A stretch of 62,417 nt of DNA from a virus (Duplodnaviria > Caudoviricetes). Within the stretch, counting starts at the first letter, position 1, and the number at the start of each line of letters is the position of its first letter. The notes below the pieces were generated by a model that saw only the letters and a program-made list of their open reading frames with translations, made no database searches and had not been told where the DNA came from. The stretch is taken from positions 1 to 62,417 of the IMG/VR virus record IMGVR_UViG_3300022871_000020; one strand, written 5' to 3'. The translations under genes were made by a program, and so were the position numbers. Shown piece by piece: positions 50,302 through 60,301 of this stretch.

Positions 50302-50645
50302 AAATAATTCAAGACTACTTTATTTCTCAATTAGATCGATATTATTTCGACTTTAGAGAATGTACCTATACAAAAGGGTGGGCACAACTAGATACAGATC
50401 AAGATGCGCACTATTATGGGATGTGGATAAACCCAACAAAGCAACGAATAATGTCATATATGGAGGGAGACATTAAAGAAGTTCAATTTGACAATGTTGA
50501 AGAATTAATTGAATATTTAAAGGATCTAAATTCAGATATTACACAGGGGGAGTATGCTAGGATTGATCCAGGACTAGATTCAAACTTCATTCAAGCATTT
50601 GTTGATCTTAAATTAGATCAATTTTTTCATAAAAAGTTAAAATAA
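50298..50645 (+). CDS. hypothetical protein
   Basis: RBS; WAQLDTDQDAHYYGMWINP. Confidence 0.7.
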   Translation: MKIIQDYFISQLDRYYFDFRECTYTKGWAQLDTDQDAHYYGMWINPTKQRIMSYMEGDIKEVQFDNVEELIEYLKDLNSDITQGEYARIDPGLDSNFIQAFVDLKLDQFFHKKLK

Positions 50646-50660
50646 CTAAGGAGAAATAAA

Positions 50661-50975
50661 ATGTCAAGTATTTTAGATGATTTGGCCAACATGTATGAAT
50701 TAGGAAAAGAATATTCAATTAACAATTCTACTCATGAAGATGTAGAAACAATAATAGGGAATCATGGACATTTAACTAAAGAAGATATCCAACATATTTG
50801 GATGGGATATAATGATAACCATGAATTAGTTAAACAAGAGGATTATAACATCTATTTTCGTGATTTAAATGAAAAAACACAAAACAAACTTTGTAAACAT
50901 TTTAAAACAACTCCAGAAGAAAGCCTTTGGTATGAATTTCCATTATGTACAATACAACCAGATAACAGACATTAA
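50661..50975 (+). CDS. hypothetical modular protein
   Basis: RBS; shares the IYxxDLNE module with the next ORF. Confidence 0.7.
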   Translation: MSSILDDLANMYELGKEYSINNSTHEDVETIIGNHGHLTKEDIQHIWMGYNDNHELVKQEDYNIYFRDLNEKTQNKLCKHFKTTPEESLWYEFPLCTIQPDNRH

Positions 50976-50994
50976 TTAATAAGGAAAAATAAAA

Positions 50995-51507
50995 ATGCAA
51001 ACAAATTTTGATCCAAATTCAACAGATTTTTATTATCAGTGGGGAAAAGAATGTGCATTAAATAATCTAACAACAAACCAATTAGATTATATGATTAAAG
51101 AAATGCCTACAGTAACAGAACAAATTCAATCCGACATTTATCAAGGATATAAAGAGAATATTATGGGTGAACTAAGAACAGATTTTTACCAGTGGGGTAA
51201 AGATTGTGCAGAACAGAACATGTCTTTAACCGATGCGATCAAGACAGTTAAAACAGAACTTACACAAACACAATCTGAAGAATACGATACATTCATTCAT
51301 GGTTATCAACAAACCCCTGAACAGAAAGAAACTGAAAAAGTTGAACCAGAAACCCGAACATTTGAAATTTATTATACTGATTTGAACGAATCTGCTAAAA
51401 AAGAGATTTGTGAAACATTTGACACTTCTCCAGAAGAAGAAAATTGGGATATGAATATTCTCCCTCTTGCAATTTTTGAACGAACTATGGAAGACGAAGA
51501 GGACTAA
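50995..51507 (+). CDS. hypothetical acidic modular protein
   Basis: Two TDFY(Y)QWGKxCA repeats plus IYYTDLNE module. Confidence 0.7.
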   Translation: MQTNFDPNSTDFYYQWGKECALNNLTTNQLDYMIKEMPTVTEQIQSDIYQGYKENIMGELRTDFYQWGKDCAEQNMSLTDAIKTVKTELTQTQSEEYDTFIHGYQQTPEQKETEKVEPETRTFEIYYTDLNESAKKEICETFDTSPEEENWDMNILPLAIFERTMEDEED

Positions 51508-51877
51508 TGTGAATAGATTAAAAATTAAATTCAAAAAAGAAACTGGTTTGGACGCAAAAATCAAACTACAAAATTCAAGACATGAGTATAATCCAAAATA
51601 TGTTGAATGGCTTGAAGGACAACAACAAACCCAAAACATAACCAGTGAGTTATTCAAAGCAACAGATATTGATTTTGAAAAATGGGGTAGGGAATGTAGG
51701 ACATTTGAAATCATGTATCCTGATGAAGCTGAAATTTTTTTTGATGCGTTTAATAAGTTAATGACACAATATTCAGGCAAATATAAATTATTTTTTAAAG
51801 GGTACTATAATTCTATAAATGAAGATATTTCAGAAGATTCCCAAAGTATTATTCAAAAAAAGACATTGAACAATTAA
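51467..51877 (+). CDS. hypothetical protein
   Basis: YVEWLE motif plus DFEKWGREC module. Confidence 0.6.
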   Translation: MQFLNELWKTKRTNVNRLKIKFKKETGLDAKIKLQNSRHEYNPKYVEWLEGQQQTQNITSELFKATDIDFEKWGRECRTFEIMYPDEAEIFFDAFNKLMTQYSGKYKLFFKGYYNSINEDISEDSQSIIQKKTLNN

Positions 51878-52113
51878 TTTCAATTATCAATAGTCAAACA
51901 TTTGGCATTGGGTTTACATCTAGACACAGACTATTTAAAGAATTACAAACCATTACCATCAAACTTAACATATCGATAGTGACTACATCACAAGATTAAA
52001 AACATAATTATGAGATTATTATGAAATGACAATATAAATTACAAACATTTAATCCTAATTATATGTATTTTTACGGTTGGGGAATCAATTGTGGGTTACT
52101 CAAATTAAACAGT

Positions 52114-52201
52114 GAACCAAGTGTAATAATTATTACACTTGGTTCCAATTTTTTATTTAATAAAATAAAAAATCTGTCGTAGATATTTTCTACGACAGAT
52201 T
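52114..52201. terminator. two strong hairpins between convergent gene clusters
   Basis: GAACCAAGTGTAATAA/TTATTACACTTGGTTC and AATCTGTCGTAGA/TCTACGACAGATT. Confidence 0.7.
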
Positions 52202-53660
52202 AAGTGTTGTTAAATTGACCTCGGCAAATTATTGATTCAGTTATAAATTAGAATAAAATCCCATAACAACTTTCAACAAATTCGTCACCAATTTTTCTTT
52301 TCCTAATTACATTTTCAAATTTAACATCTCTGCTACTCTTACTCAATTTAAAAAACTCTTTGTCATCAACTTTAAAAATCATAATATCATTTGGAATTGA
52401 TTCTTCACAAAGACAAATTGCTGCATGAATCATGTCTTTCGAAACTTCAGTATTTGATAAGTTTAAACTCTTTCGAACATATAACTTCAGAATCATTTTT
52501 TCTCCTTACTATTTAATAGATTTAATAATCTGTTTTAATTGATTATTAGTATTTAATAAAGGATTTGCACTAACAATTTCAGATAACTTTGTCGTAAGTT
52601 CATCAACATAATTCAATATATCCATATTAATTGATTTTATTAATTCGTCAGTTTCATTTTCAAAATCAATTTTCTCTCCATTAGTATACACTTTAATTAT
52701 TTCTTCTCTTGTTATATTTAGTTTCATAAAGTCTCCTTAAAAAATAATATATTTAATCATAAACAACCAATACAGAATTGTACTGCTTATCATAAATAAT
52801 ATATTAAGAATTGGTGAATCACAAATATATTTCACATATAGATTAGCAAGAATCAACGGTAAATTGATAAGAACAAATATTACGAACATAATTTTACAAA
52901 TCAAAGTGTATATCACTTTAAAATAATCGCCAATAAACATAAATGTTTCGCTATCTAAAATACTCTTAATCGTCTCCATCACATTCCTCACAATTACAGT
53001 CTTCACATAAAATTTTACCACAAACTTGACATTCAATAGTACTTTCAATATCTACTGTGTATCCACAGTTTCCACAATTGACATATTCAATATCTCTAAT
53101 TTGAGTCAATTTATGTCCTTTAACAGATTATCAATTTCTTTCATCACAGCACTTTTCTCTAATGAAACTCGAGGTGTGATAACAGGTAGGTCATCAAGGT
53201 TATTCAATAGTTCACCAATCACATTACCAAATTCAAAAGTTTCTTCAGTAGTAAAATTTGTTTCTTCAGTATCCATTAATTGTTCCTTTTAATAATCTTA
53301 AAATAAAACGACGAATTTCAAAATCTTCAAACTTTGAAATCCGCCGAGGCCAAAAATAATTATATATTAATAATTAATCTTGTGTTGTGTTTACTCTCCC
53401 CAGTAGATCCATGTTGCGTTTTCTTTAGTGTTTGTTAAACTGAATCCATCAGCTTCAAGTCTTTTCCTAATTGACAAAGATATTGTAATGTCAGGAACAT
53501 TAACACCAACAAATCCTTTATTTGCAGCATCTCTAATAGAACGTACAATATCCGTATATTCAGTAAGTGCTTTAGCAACGAGACCACAAGCTTCATAAGC
53601 TGTAATTTTACTACAAATATTAGTATATCCGTCTAGTTCTGTCATATTATTCTCCTTTTT

Positions 53661-54659
53661 TTAAATACGATTAACTTCACAAACAGTCTTAATCAATTCA
53701 TAATAAAATCCCAATAAATTAATATGGGGAAACTTTTTAAATTCAATTCCATCTGCATAACGAGCACACAGAATCTTAATAGGGATAAAATTACTCATTT
53801 GATACAGTCGATTAAATATATAATCATAATTAACATCGTAATTATTGTGTAGAATTACAACCAATTGTTTATACTCTTCATTAATCAAACTATTCTCTGG
53901 ATAATCCAAGCACAATTTTTTATTTTTAGCATCATTACTCATAACAATACCAATAATTTTAGCAATTAACATGATAATATTTTCTTCAATACTACCAGTC
54001 TTACTAATATTTTTAAAATCAATAACACCATTATTTGCCACAAAACTATTCTGTAATTGGTTAATTATCTCTCTAATACCAATCTTAATACTACCAACCA
54101 CAAACTTCTTTAAATCGTCTTCAACATATTGAGCATTTTCACTACCCAATATAAATTTCATTCGTTCAAAGATAGCAGCAGCATTATTTCCTGAAAAAGG
54201 AATCTTATAAGTGAATCTAGTTAATACTGCACCTTCTACTTTTTTAATGTAGTTTGTACATCCGATGAATGCACAATTGTGTTGATACTTCTCCATTAAT
54301 CCAGTTTTTAATAGATTGAATGCATCTGGATGTAATTTATCCATTTCTTCAATATAAACAATTTTCTGCTTTGATTTGACAGGGGTTTTTTTAAGAAATG
54401 GAGTTATCTTTTCTTTAATTTCTTTAACATTACGATCTTTTGCAATAAACAAATCGTTAGAAGCTTTAATGATTTTTGAAATAAGTATTTCAGCAGTTAC
54501 AGTCTTTCCTAGACCATAACTCCCATAAAATAATACATTACCGTCCAATCTTTCGTTGTTGTACCATTTAAGAATTGTTTGTTTGTTCTCTTTATTATCA
54601 AAAATTAAGTTATCAATATCTTTGGGACAATATTTAATGAACCACGATGTTTCTTCCAT
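53661..54659 (-). CDS. clamp-loader AAA+ subunit (gp44/RFC-like)
   Basis: WFIKYCPK, LFYGSYGLGKT, IEEMD, CTNY, LTRF. Confidence 0.9.
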   Translation of the reverse strand: MEETSWFIKYCPKDIDNLIFDNKENKQTILKWYNNERLDGNVLFYGSYGLGKTVTAEILISKIIKASNDLFIAKDRNVKEIKEKITPFLKKTPVKSKQKIVYIEEMDKLHPDAFNLLKTGLMEKYQHNCAFIGCTNYIKKVEGAVLTRFTYKIPFSGNNAAAIFERMKFILGSENAQYVEDDLKKFVVGSIKIGIREIINQLQNSFVANNGVIDFKNISKTGSIEENIIMLIAKIIGIVMSNDAKNKKLCLDYPENSLINEEYKQLVVILHNNYDVNYDYIFNRLYQMSNFIPIKILCARYADGIEFKKFPHINLLGFYYELIKTVCEVNRI

Positions 54660-54685
54660 AATATATTTTTAACTCTCTTTTGTTT

Positions 54686-55126
54686 TTAATGCCACACACA
54701 TTGACTTATTTCTTGTTCACAACGTTTTTGATTGATGTGTTCGTTCATCTCTTCTTTAATAGCTTCATCAACTTCAATAAGAATATTAGAATCAACACTA
54801 TCGATTATATAATCAAAGTATAACATATTTAAATGTAGTTTAAACATATTTTCGTCTTGATGGAAATTGAAATTGTTATTAAACAACATGAACTCAATCG
54901 AATCAACAACATTGTTTCTGATGATATTACGAAGATGTTCTCTTCGTTCTTCAGGCACTTGGTTTGATTCTTTGCTTGGTCGTTTAAACGCTGGAGGACA
55001 ATTATCTTCTTCTGTTTTAGGTTTTGCAAAGTCAGGGACGGTTTCAAATATAGAAGGGTCTTTTGCTAACCATTTTTTAATTTTATCAAATATACTATTC
55101 ACAGATTTAATCTCCAACAATCTCAT
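54686..55126 (-). CDS. hypothetical protein
   Basis: 146-aa ORF. Confidence 0.55.
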   Translation of the reverse strand: MRLLEIKSVNSIFDKIKKWLAKDPSIFETVPDFAKPKTEEDNCPPAFKRPSKESNQVPEERREHLRNIIRNNVVDSIEFMLFNNNFNFHQDENMFKLHLNMLYFDYIIDSVDSNILIEVDEAIKEEMNEHINQKRCEQEISQCVWH

Positions 55127-55342
55127 AAGTAATTTTCACTTTAGTATTCTGTCCAACCCATGTTTTGGGTATATAAGCTGTTCGAACAAACGGTGAATCT
55201 CCATCAGGAGTTAATTCACTAAATCTAACCATGTTTTTTGTTTCTTTCTCTTTTTCAAAAATCACTACTTTGGGATCTGCCATGTTTTCGTTCTCCTATT
55301 TGATTGTTTTAATTTAGTCTCTAACCTCTTTTGAGATTAGTT

Positions 55343-56797
55343 TTACTTTTGTTTGTTCAATAAATCACACATTTCATAATAACAAGAATTCCCAACGTCT
55401 ATAATTTCTTGTTTAGAAACAATAATTTTCTGACTAATAGTAACAATATTCTGTTTAAATTCAATCAATTGTTTAATTGATTTTGAACTACATACGTCAA
55501 TAATTACTTCCTCAGTTACATTAATTAAATCAGTTGCCCACGTTTGTGAAGGTTCATCAAAACGATCTTTTGCTAATGTTTTTGGCCGTTTAATATTGTC
55601 TTGATTAAAAACATTAACAATATCATCAATTGTTGTTACTGTGTATCTTTGAATTATATCACGAACAATAATTAAAATATTTGTTGTAAATAGAGAATCA
55701 ATCAATTTATTCGTTTGACTGATTTTGTAGGTTTTTACTGTATTGATATAATTAACATAGTTGTTAATTAATATCTGATCAATTCCTAATAATGTTGCTA
55801 CGTGATCTTTTACGAAGTAACACTGATAAGTAAACGACTTAATGAAATACTTTTTAAATATTTCTATATAAAGTTGTTGAATATTAACGGATTTATTTTT
55901 AGGAGTAAATACACCGTTGATGAAAAAAGGGTCTTTCTTACTTGTAGAAAGATCTTTGAATTGTTTTATCCCAGGATTTACTCCCGGTTCTTTAGAATCA
56001 ATATCCTGTTCAATTTTTGTTGAGTTAAAAGTAGGAGCCTTTCCATTCACATGAATTTCGCCATTCTTAATTTCTCCAAAAGGAATAGCTCGACATTTAC
56101 CAACCCCAGATACTAAAATTTTATAAAACGTTCCTGGCGAATCTTCTTTACATTCACAATTACGGAAAGCTGGTTTAATACATGGCCCATACATATCTTC
56201 TGAATATTCATTAGTTGAATCTCCAATAAACGTCGTTGTTATTTTATCTTGATTTTCTAACAACCATTTTAATCTAATTAATAAATCTTTCATACTATAC
56301 TTAGGGGAAAGACATTTATGAAAACCACTTCCAGATAAATTGTCAATACCAATTAGTCCAAGGGGAATGATTGAAGGTAAATATAAAGGCTCGTTTTCGT
56401 ACTCGATATTGAGCCAAGGAACATGATGATAATATTTAAAAGCTAAATTCTTAACCCATTTAGCAATTTTACATTCAGTATATCTTTGTGCTGCTGGCGG
56501 GTCTACTGATTTTAAATCAACTGAACCAAAATTACCCTGTGTGGCTACATATCCTTGTGCAGCAAGTTTAACAATTGTTTGATAACAACTGACATCCCCA
56601 TGGGGATGATAGCTACCTATAACATGACCAACTACCTTGGCACTTTTAACAGTCTTTCCCGATTTAGTCATATCATAAAGTCCAAGAAGACAACGACGTT
56701 GTGATATTTTTAATGCATCATTACATGACGGTATGCCCCGGAATTCGTCTATGTAACGTCCATAGTCAGCGTAAAAACACCCAATAATTCTCTGGAT
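55343..56797 (-). CDS. gyrA: type IIA topoisomerase subunit A (GyrA/ParC-like), probable non-canonical start
   Basis: KSAKVVG.VIGSYHPHGD, QGNFGS, PAAQRYTE. The conserved YxDY..RGIP..DALK..QRR lies upstream of the first ATG. Confidence 0.88.
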   Translation of the reverse strand: MQRIIGCFYADYGRYIDEFRGIPSCNDALKISQRRCLLGLYDMTKSGKTVKSAKVVGHVIGSYHPHGDVSCYQTIVKLAAQGYVATQGNFGSVDLKSVDPPAAQRYTECKIAKWVKNLAFKYYHHVPWLNIEYENEPLYLPSIIPLGLIGIDNLSGSGFHKCLSPKYSMKDLLIRLKWLLENQDKITTTFIGDSTNEYSEDMYGPCIKPAFRNCECKEDSPGTFYKILVSGVGKCRAIPFGEIKNGEIHVNGKAPTFNSTKIEQDIDSKEPGVNPGIKQFKDLSTSKKDPFFINGVFTPKNKSVNIQQLYIEIFKKYFIKSFTYQCYFVKDHVATLLGIDQILINNYVNYINTVKTYKISQTNKLIDSLFTTNILIIVRDIIQRYTVTTIDDIVNVFNQDNIKRPKTLAKDRFDEPSQTWATDLINVTEEVIIDVCSSKSIKQLIEFKQNIVTISQKIIVSKQEIIDVGNSCYYEMCDLLNKQK

Positions 56798-56815
56798 AAC
56801 AAACCTCCTTTTTTC

Positions 56816-57589
56816 TTATTCAATACCTTCTTTCAAAAATGAATTAAGTTCTTCAGATCGATACCTGCTAAATATAGCATGACTAGCACTAATAAATTTA
56901 AATTCATACATATTCTGTATTTGATTAATTGGACTATTACTAACTACAACATTACCAAGAACGTCGTGTTTGTTGTTATGTAGATTGCCACTACACAACC
57001 CACAATCAATCAAATTAAATATCTTATAATTGCTCAATTTAAATTTATCAAACAGTTGCAATAACTGTTTGACATGTTTTGAATAAAGTGAAAAGTGTTG
57101 AGAAGGATCATCAAAAGTCATAGCTTTAATTAATGCTAGAATAAGTAGAGTCTCTGTAATTTGATAATTTAACGAATATATTAGTTGATCTCTAACCAAT
57201 TCAGTTGTACTGTTCTTGTATTTACCTATACTAATTGGGTTGACAATTCTAAAAGGGATAGTTTTAATATCATTATGATCAATAAACTTTTTAATAACTG
57301 GAAAATGTTCGTCAATCTTATCCATTAATGAAAAGTTCTCAATAATGTTAAGATCTAAAAAATCGTATCTATATAATTTATGTAGAGTATAATTGAACTT
57401 ATAATGATCGCCAATACATACAGTTTTATTACTATAATCAGTTTCATACGTGCTTTCAATATCATAATATTTACTATCTTTATCGTATTCCCATTTGAGA
57501 ACATTATTTCGATTTAATAATTTATATAATTCTTCATTTTCGCGTTCGCAATTATAATCGATATTGATATTGATATTGATATTTAACAT
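56816..57589 (-). CDS. hypothetical protein
   Basis: 257-aa ORF. Confidence 0.6.
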   Translation of the reverse strand: MLNINININIDYNCERENEELYKLLNRNNVLKWEYDKDSKYYDIESTYETDYSNKTVCIGDHYKFNYTLHKLYRYDFLDLNIIENFSLMDKIDEHFPVIKKFIDHNDIKTIPFRIVNPISIGKYKNSTTELVRDQLIYSLNYQITETLLILALIKAMTFDDPSQHFSLYSKHVKQLLQLFDKFKLSNYKIFNLIDCGLCSGNLHNNKHDVLGNVVVSNSPINQIQNMYEFKFISASHAIFSRYRSEELNSFLKEGIE

Positions 57590-57715
57590 ATTTTGATTGT
57601 TTCCTTTTTTTTAGAATATTTTAACACCAATCAAGATATTTAATATTATTTGAAAAATAATATTAAAAAGTCTTGACATCCATTAAAAGAATTAACTCCA
57701 TTTTTTAGAATGGAG

Positions 57716-58657
57716 TTAAAACGTTTTAATTATATGCTTCTGAATTTTAGTAAACATCAAATCATATTTTCCTAATTCTTGTAATGATTTAATAAAAAAC
57801 ATTACTCCAGGATGATCCATATATTTAAACCGCCCAAACATATTCTCATGACAAAGTGTAAATCCATTTAAAATAAGAGTAATTGAATCAATTTCAAATC
57901 GAATTTTGAAAATAGATGTTGAAATATTATAAGTTTTCTTTTCATTCTCTTTCTTTTTAAATATAATTTTATGATATTTCATAATCGAAGTAATAAAATC
58001 AATTTTCTGATCGTCAGATGGTAACGCAATTGCTCCATCTTCACAATCAAAGTTATTAAACAATATATTAAATTTATTTAAATTAATAAGATTAAACTCT
58101 TTTTCTATATTTTCATTCATATGTTTATTAAAAAACAACATAAATGCAATAAACGAGTGTCTATATCGTTTATAAAAAACAATACTTTTCCCAATTGAAG
58201 ATAGTTTCTGTTTAAAATATGGGTCTGTTAATTCGTATGTTGATGAATCTGATGCTTTATTCATAGATATTGTTGATCCCAGATTCAGATGAGTTTTCCA
58301 AAGTTTTCCTGAGTCAGACGAATTGAAATAATTTTTGAATTTATCTATATAATCATCGGCAATGAATATATTTTCATCTTGGATGATATTATTCCAATCA
58401 AGACAGTCTAATTGTTTGCTTCGATTGTAATTAACTTCAATTACTTGTTTAGTTAATATATCGTTTGCTTCATCATTATAAACAAATAACTGTTTGGAAT
58501 CAAATTCATTAGGTTTTTCGAATGTGAATTGAGTGTTATAACTCTTGTACAAACTTGTTAAAATTTTTCCAGTCGACAACTTTTTCATAGTAATCGCTAA
58601 AAATTGATACGAATTTAATTCAGTTTCTACTGTTATTTTGTCATCGGTCAAATCCAT
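57716..58657 (-). CDS. hypothetical protein
   Basis: 313-aa ORF. Confidence 0.6.
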   Translation of the reverse strand: MDLTDDKITVETELNSYQFLAITMKKLSTGKILTSLYKSYNTQFTFEKPNEFDSKQLFVYNDEANDILTKQVIEVNYNRSKQLDCLDWNNIIQDENIFIADDYIDKFKNYFNSSDSGKLWKTHLNLGSTISMNKASDSSTYELTDPYFKQKLSSIGKSIVFYKRYRHSFIAFMLFFNKHMNENIEKEFNLINLNKFNILFNNFDCEDGAIALPSDDQKIDFITSIMKYHKIIFKKKENEKKTYNISTSIFKIRFEIDSITLILNGFTLCHENMFGRFKYMDHPGVMFFIKSLQELGKYDLMFTKIQKHIIKTF

Positions 58658-58726
58658 TTTTCAATTCCTTTTTAATTTAGTTTAGTTTAGTCGATTTAGT
58701 TAATTAGTTTTTCGATTGAGTTAACA

Positions 58727-59689
58727 TTAATCAATTTTATGCATCAAAGGATAGTCTCCAAGATCCTTTGAAGGTGAAACTGGAGCGTACATCGAGATTT
58801 TGATGTTTGGATTGTAAAGACTTGCTAATTTTTGCGCTTTGAACTTTGTAAATTTGCTAGATTTGTTATTGTCAGCATCTAGAATAAAATGAATATGAAA
58901 TTCACCTATTAATAAATCTTGAATTATTAATTTTTCTAGAACTGACAAATAATTTTTCCCAGACATTGACATGAAAAATGTATCTTTGTAACTGAAATGA
59001 TTAGTATAAAGATAAATGTTTAATATGTCGAATATGCCTTCTGTTAAAACAATATTGTTGATATTTTCAAAATCGAATTTTTGGAAAAAATACCAAGAAT
59101 TTGGATTGGTTTTATATCTAATTTTTTTAATTTGTTTAATTAATCTTGCTCCAACAAAATCATTATTTGAATTATTGAATCCTATGGCGAGCACATTTTG
59201 TTTAATTTTTTCATTCGGTTGAATCATAGCTGGATAGAGTAAGAACTTTGTGTAATTTACTTCTCCAATTCGAGAATTAAGATAATCGTTGAATATTTCT
59301 AAATTCTCTGGCGACGTATTTTTAATCTTATTTGTTATATTATTTGTTAATAATTTTTGATTAAATTTAATCCTGGGTTTAGATTTAATATAATCTTTGA
59401 CGAAATTATACTTTAAAAATGATTTGATATAGTTTAGAGTTTCTTGATCATCGAAATTGGTTTGTATTAATAATTTTAAAATAGTTCCTGCTGACCCACA
59501 TCTGTGACAGTAGTAGACTGGGAGTGACTTACTCAGATAGCAGTGACCATGTGTAGGATTATGTTTTCGAGTCATATCGTCGCAAAAATGACAGAAAGTC
59601 ATGTAATGTGAGCCCTTATCAACTAACATGTTGTTTGAAACAATTTTTAAGTGATATAGTATTTGTGGAATTTTATTTAATTCATACAT
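58727..59689 (-). CDS. DNA primase (Zn-binding domain + TOPRIM)
   Basis: CHFCDD..H..YYCHRCG, VLTEGIFD, ILDAD, KDLGD. Confidence 0.85.
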   Translation of the reverse strand: MYELNKIPQILYHLKIVSNNMLVDKGSHYMTFCHFCDDMTRKHNPTHGHCYLSKSLPVYYCHRCGSAGTILKLLIQTNFDDQETLNYIKSFLKYNFVKDYIKSKPRIKFNQKLLTNNITNKIKNTSPENLEIFNDYLNSRIGEVNYTKFLLYPAMIQPNEKIKQNVLAIGFNNSNNDFVGARLIKQIKKIRYKTNPNSWYFFQKFDFENINNIVLTEGIFDILNIYLYTNHFSYKDTFFMSMSGKNYLSVLEKLIIQDLLIGEFHIHFILDADNNKSSKFTKFKAQKLASLYNPNIKISMYAPVSPSKDLGDYPLMHKID

Positions 59690-60020
59690 TATTTTTCCTA
59701 TAAATCAAATATAGTCAACTTAATATAGTCTTCGTCGTCTTTGAATAATTTATGAACAAATAGGGGTTCAACACAATACTTTTTGAAATCTAATCGTTTG
59801 ATGTTATTCTTCTTAATGTATGCATTAATTGGTTCAGATTTCGTAATTTTGCCATTGTTTGTTTTTAGTACTTTATTTACAGATCGATATTTCCAAATTT
59901 CTTCACGATTAACTTCGATTGTTTCCATTAACTATTGATTTCCTTTAGAATTTAAACTACAATTAATTAAAAAAGTCTCCATAGAATTTTTTAAGTTTCT
60001 ATGAAGACGTTTATATATAG

Positions 60021-60090
60021 TGGTACCAGATATCAGACTCGAACTGATAAGAGCATTAATGCTCTTGTGTAGACATTCCACCAATCTGGC
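60021..60090 (-). tRNA. pseudo-tRNA (Leu-like scaffold, CCA-ended) with collapsed anticodon/variable region
   Basis: GCCAGAU/AUCUGGU-A-CCA, D-arm GUG-GAAUGUCUA-CAC, T-arm AUCAG-UUCGAGU-CUGAU; middle is the palindrome AAGAGCAUUAAUGCUCUU. Confidence 0.7.
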
Positions 60091-60301
60091 TTATAATCTT
60101 CTGAATCTGCCGAGGCAAAAAAATTAAAAAAAATTTAACACTAAATATATTAATTATTTATATATAATTTATGACAATTTAAAAACTATACACGACTATT
60201 GACATTATTTATATACTAAATCACTAAATAACAAGAATATTAACAAGGAGAAATAAAAACCTCCCATACTACAAAAAAAGCAGTATGGGAGAATAAAAAA
60301 C

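Noticed and set aside
57561-57584. (GATATT)n microsatellite, plus a similar ATTAAT run near 33175-33203
   Set aside because: In-frame 6-nt low-complexity repeats, expected in very AT-rich DNA
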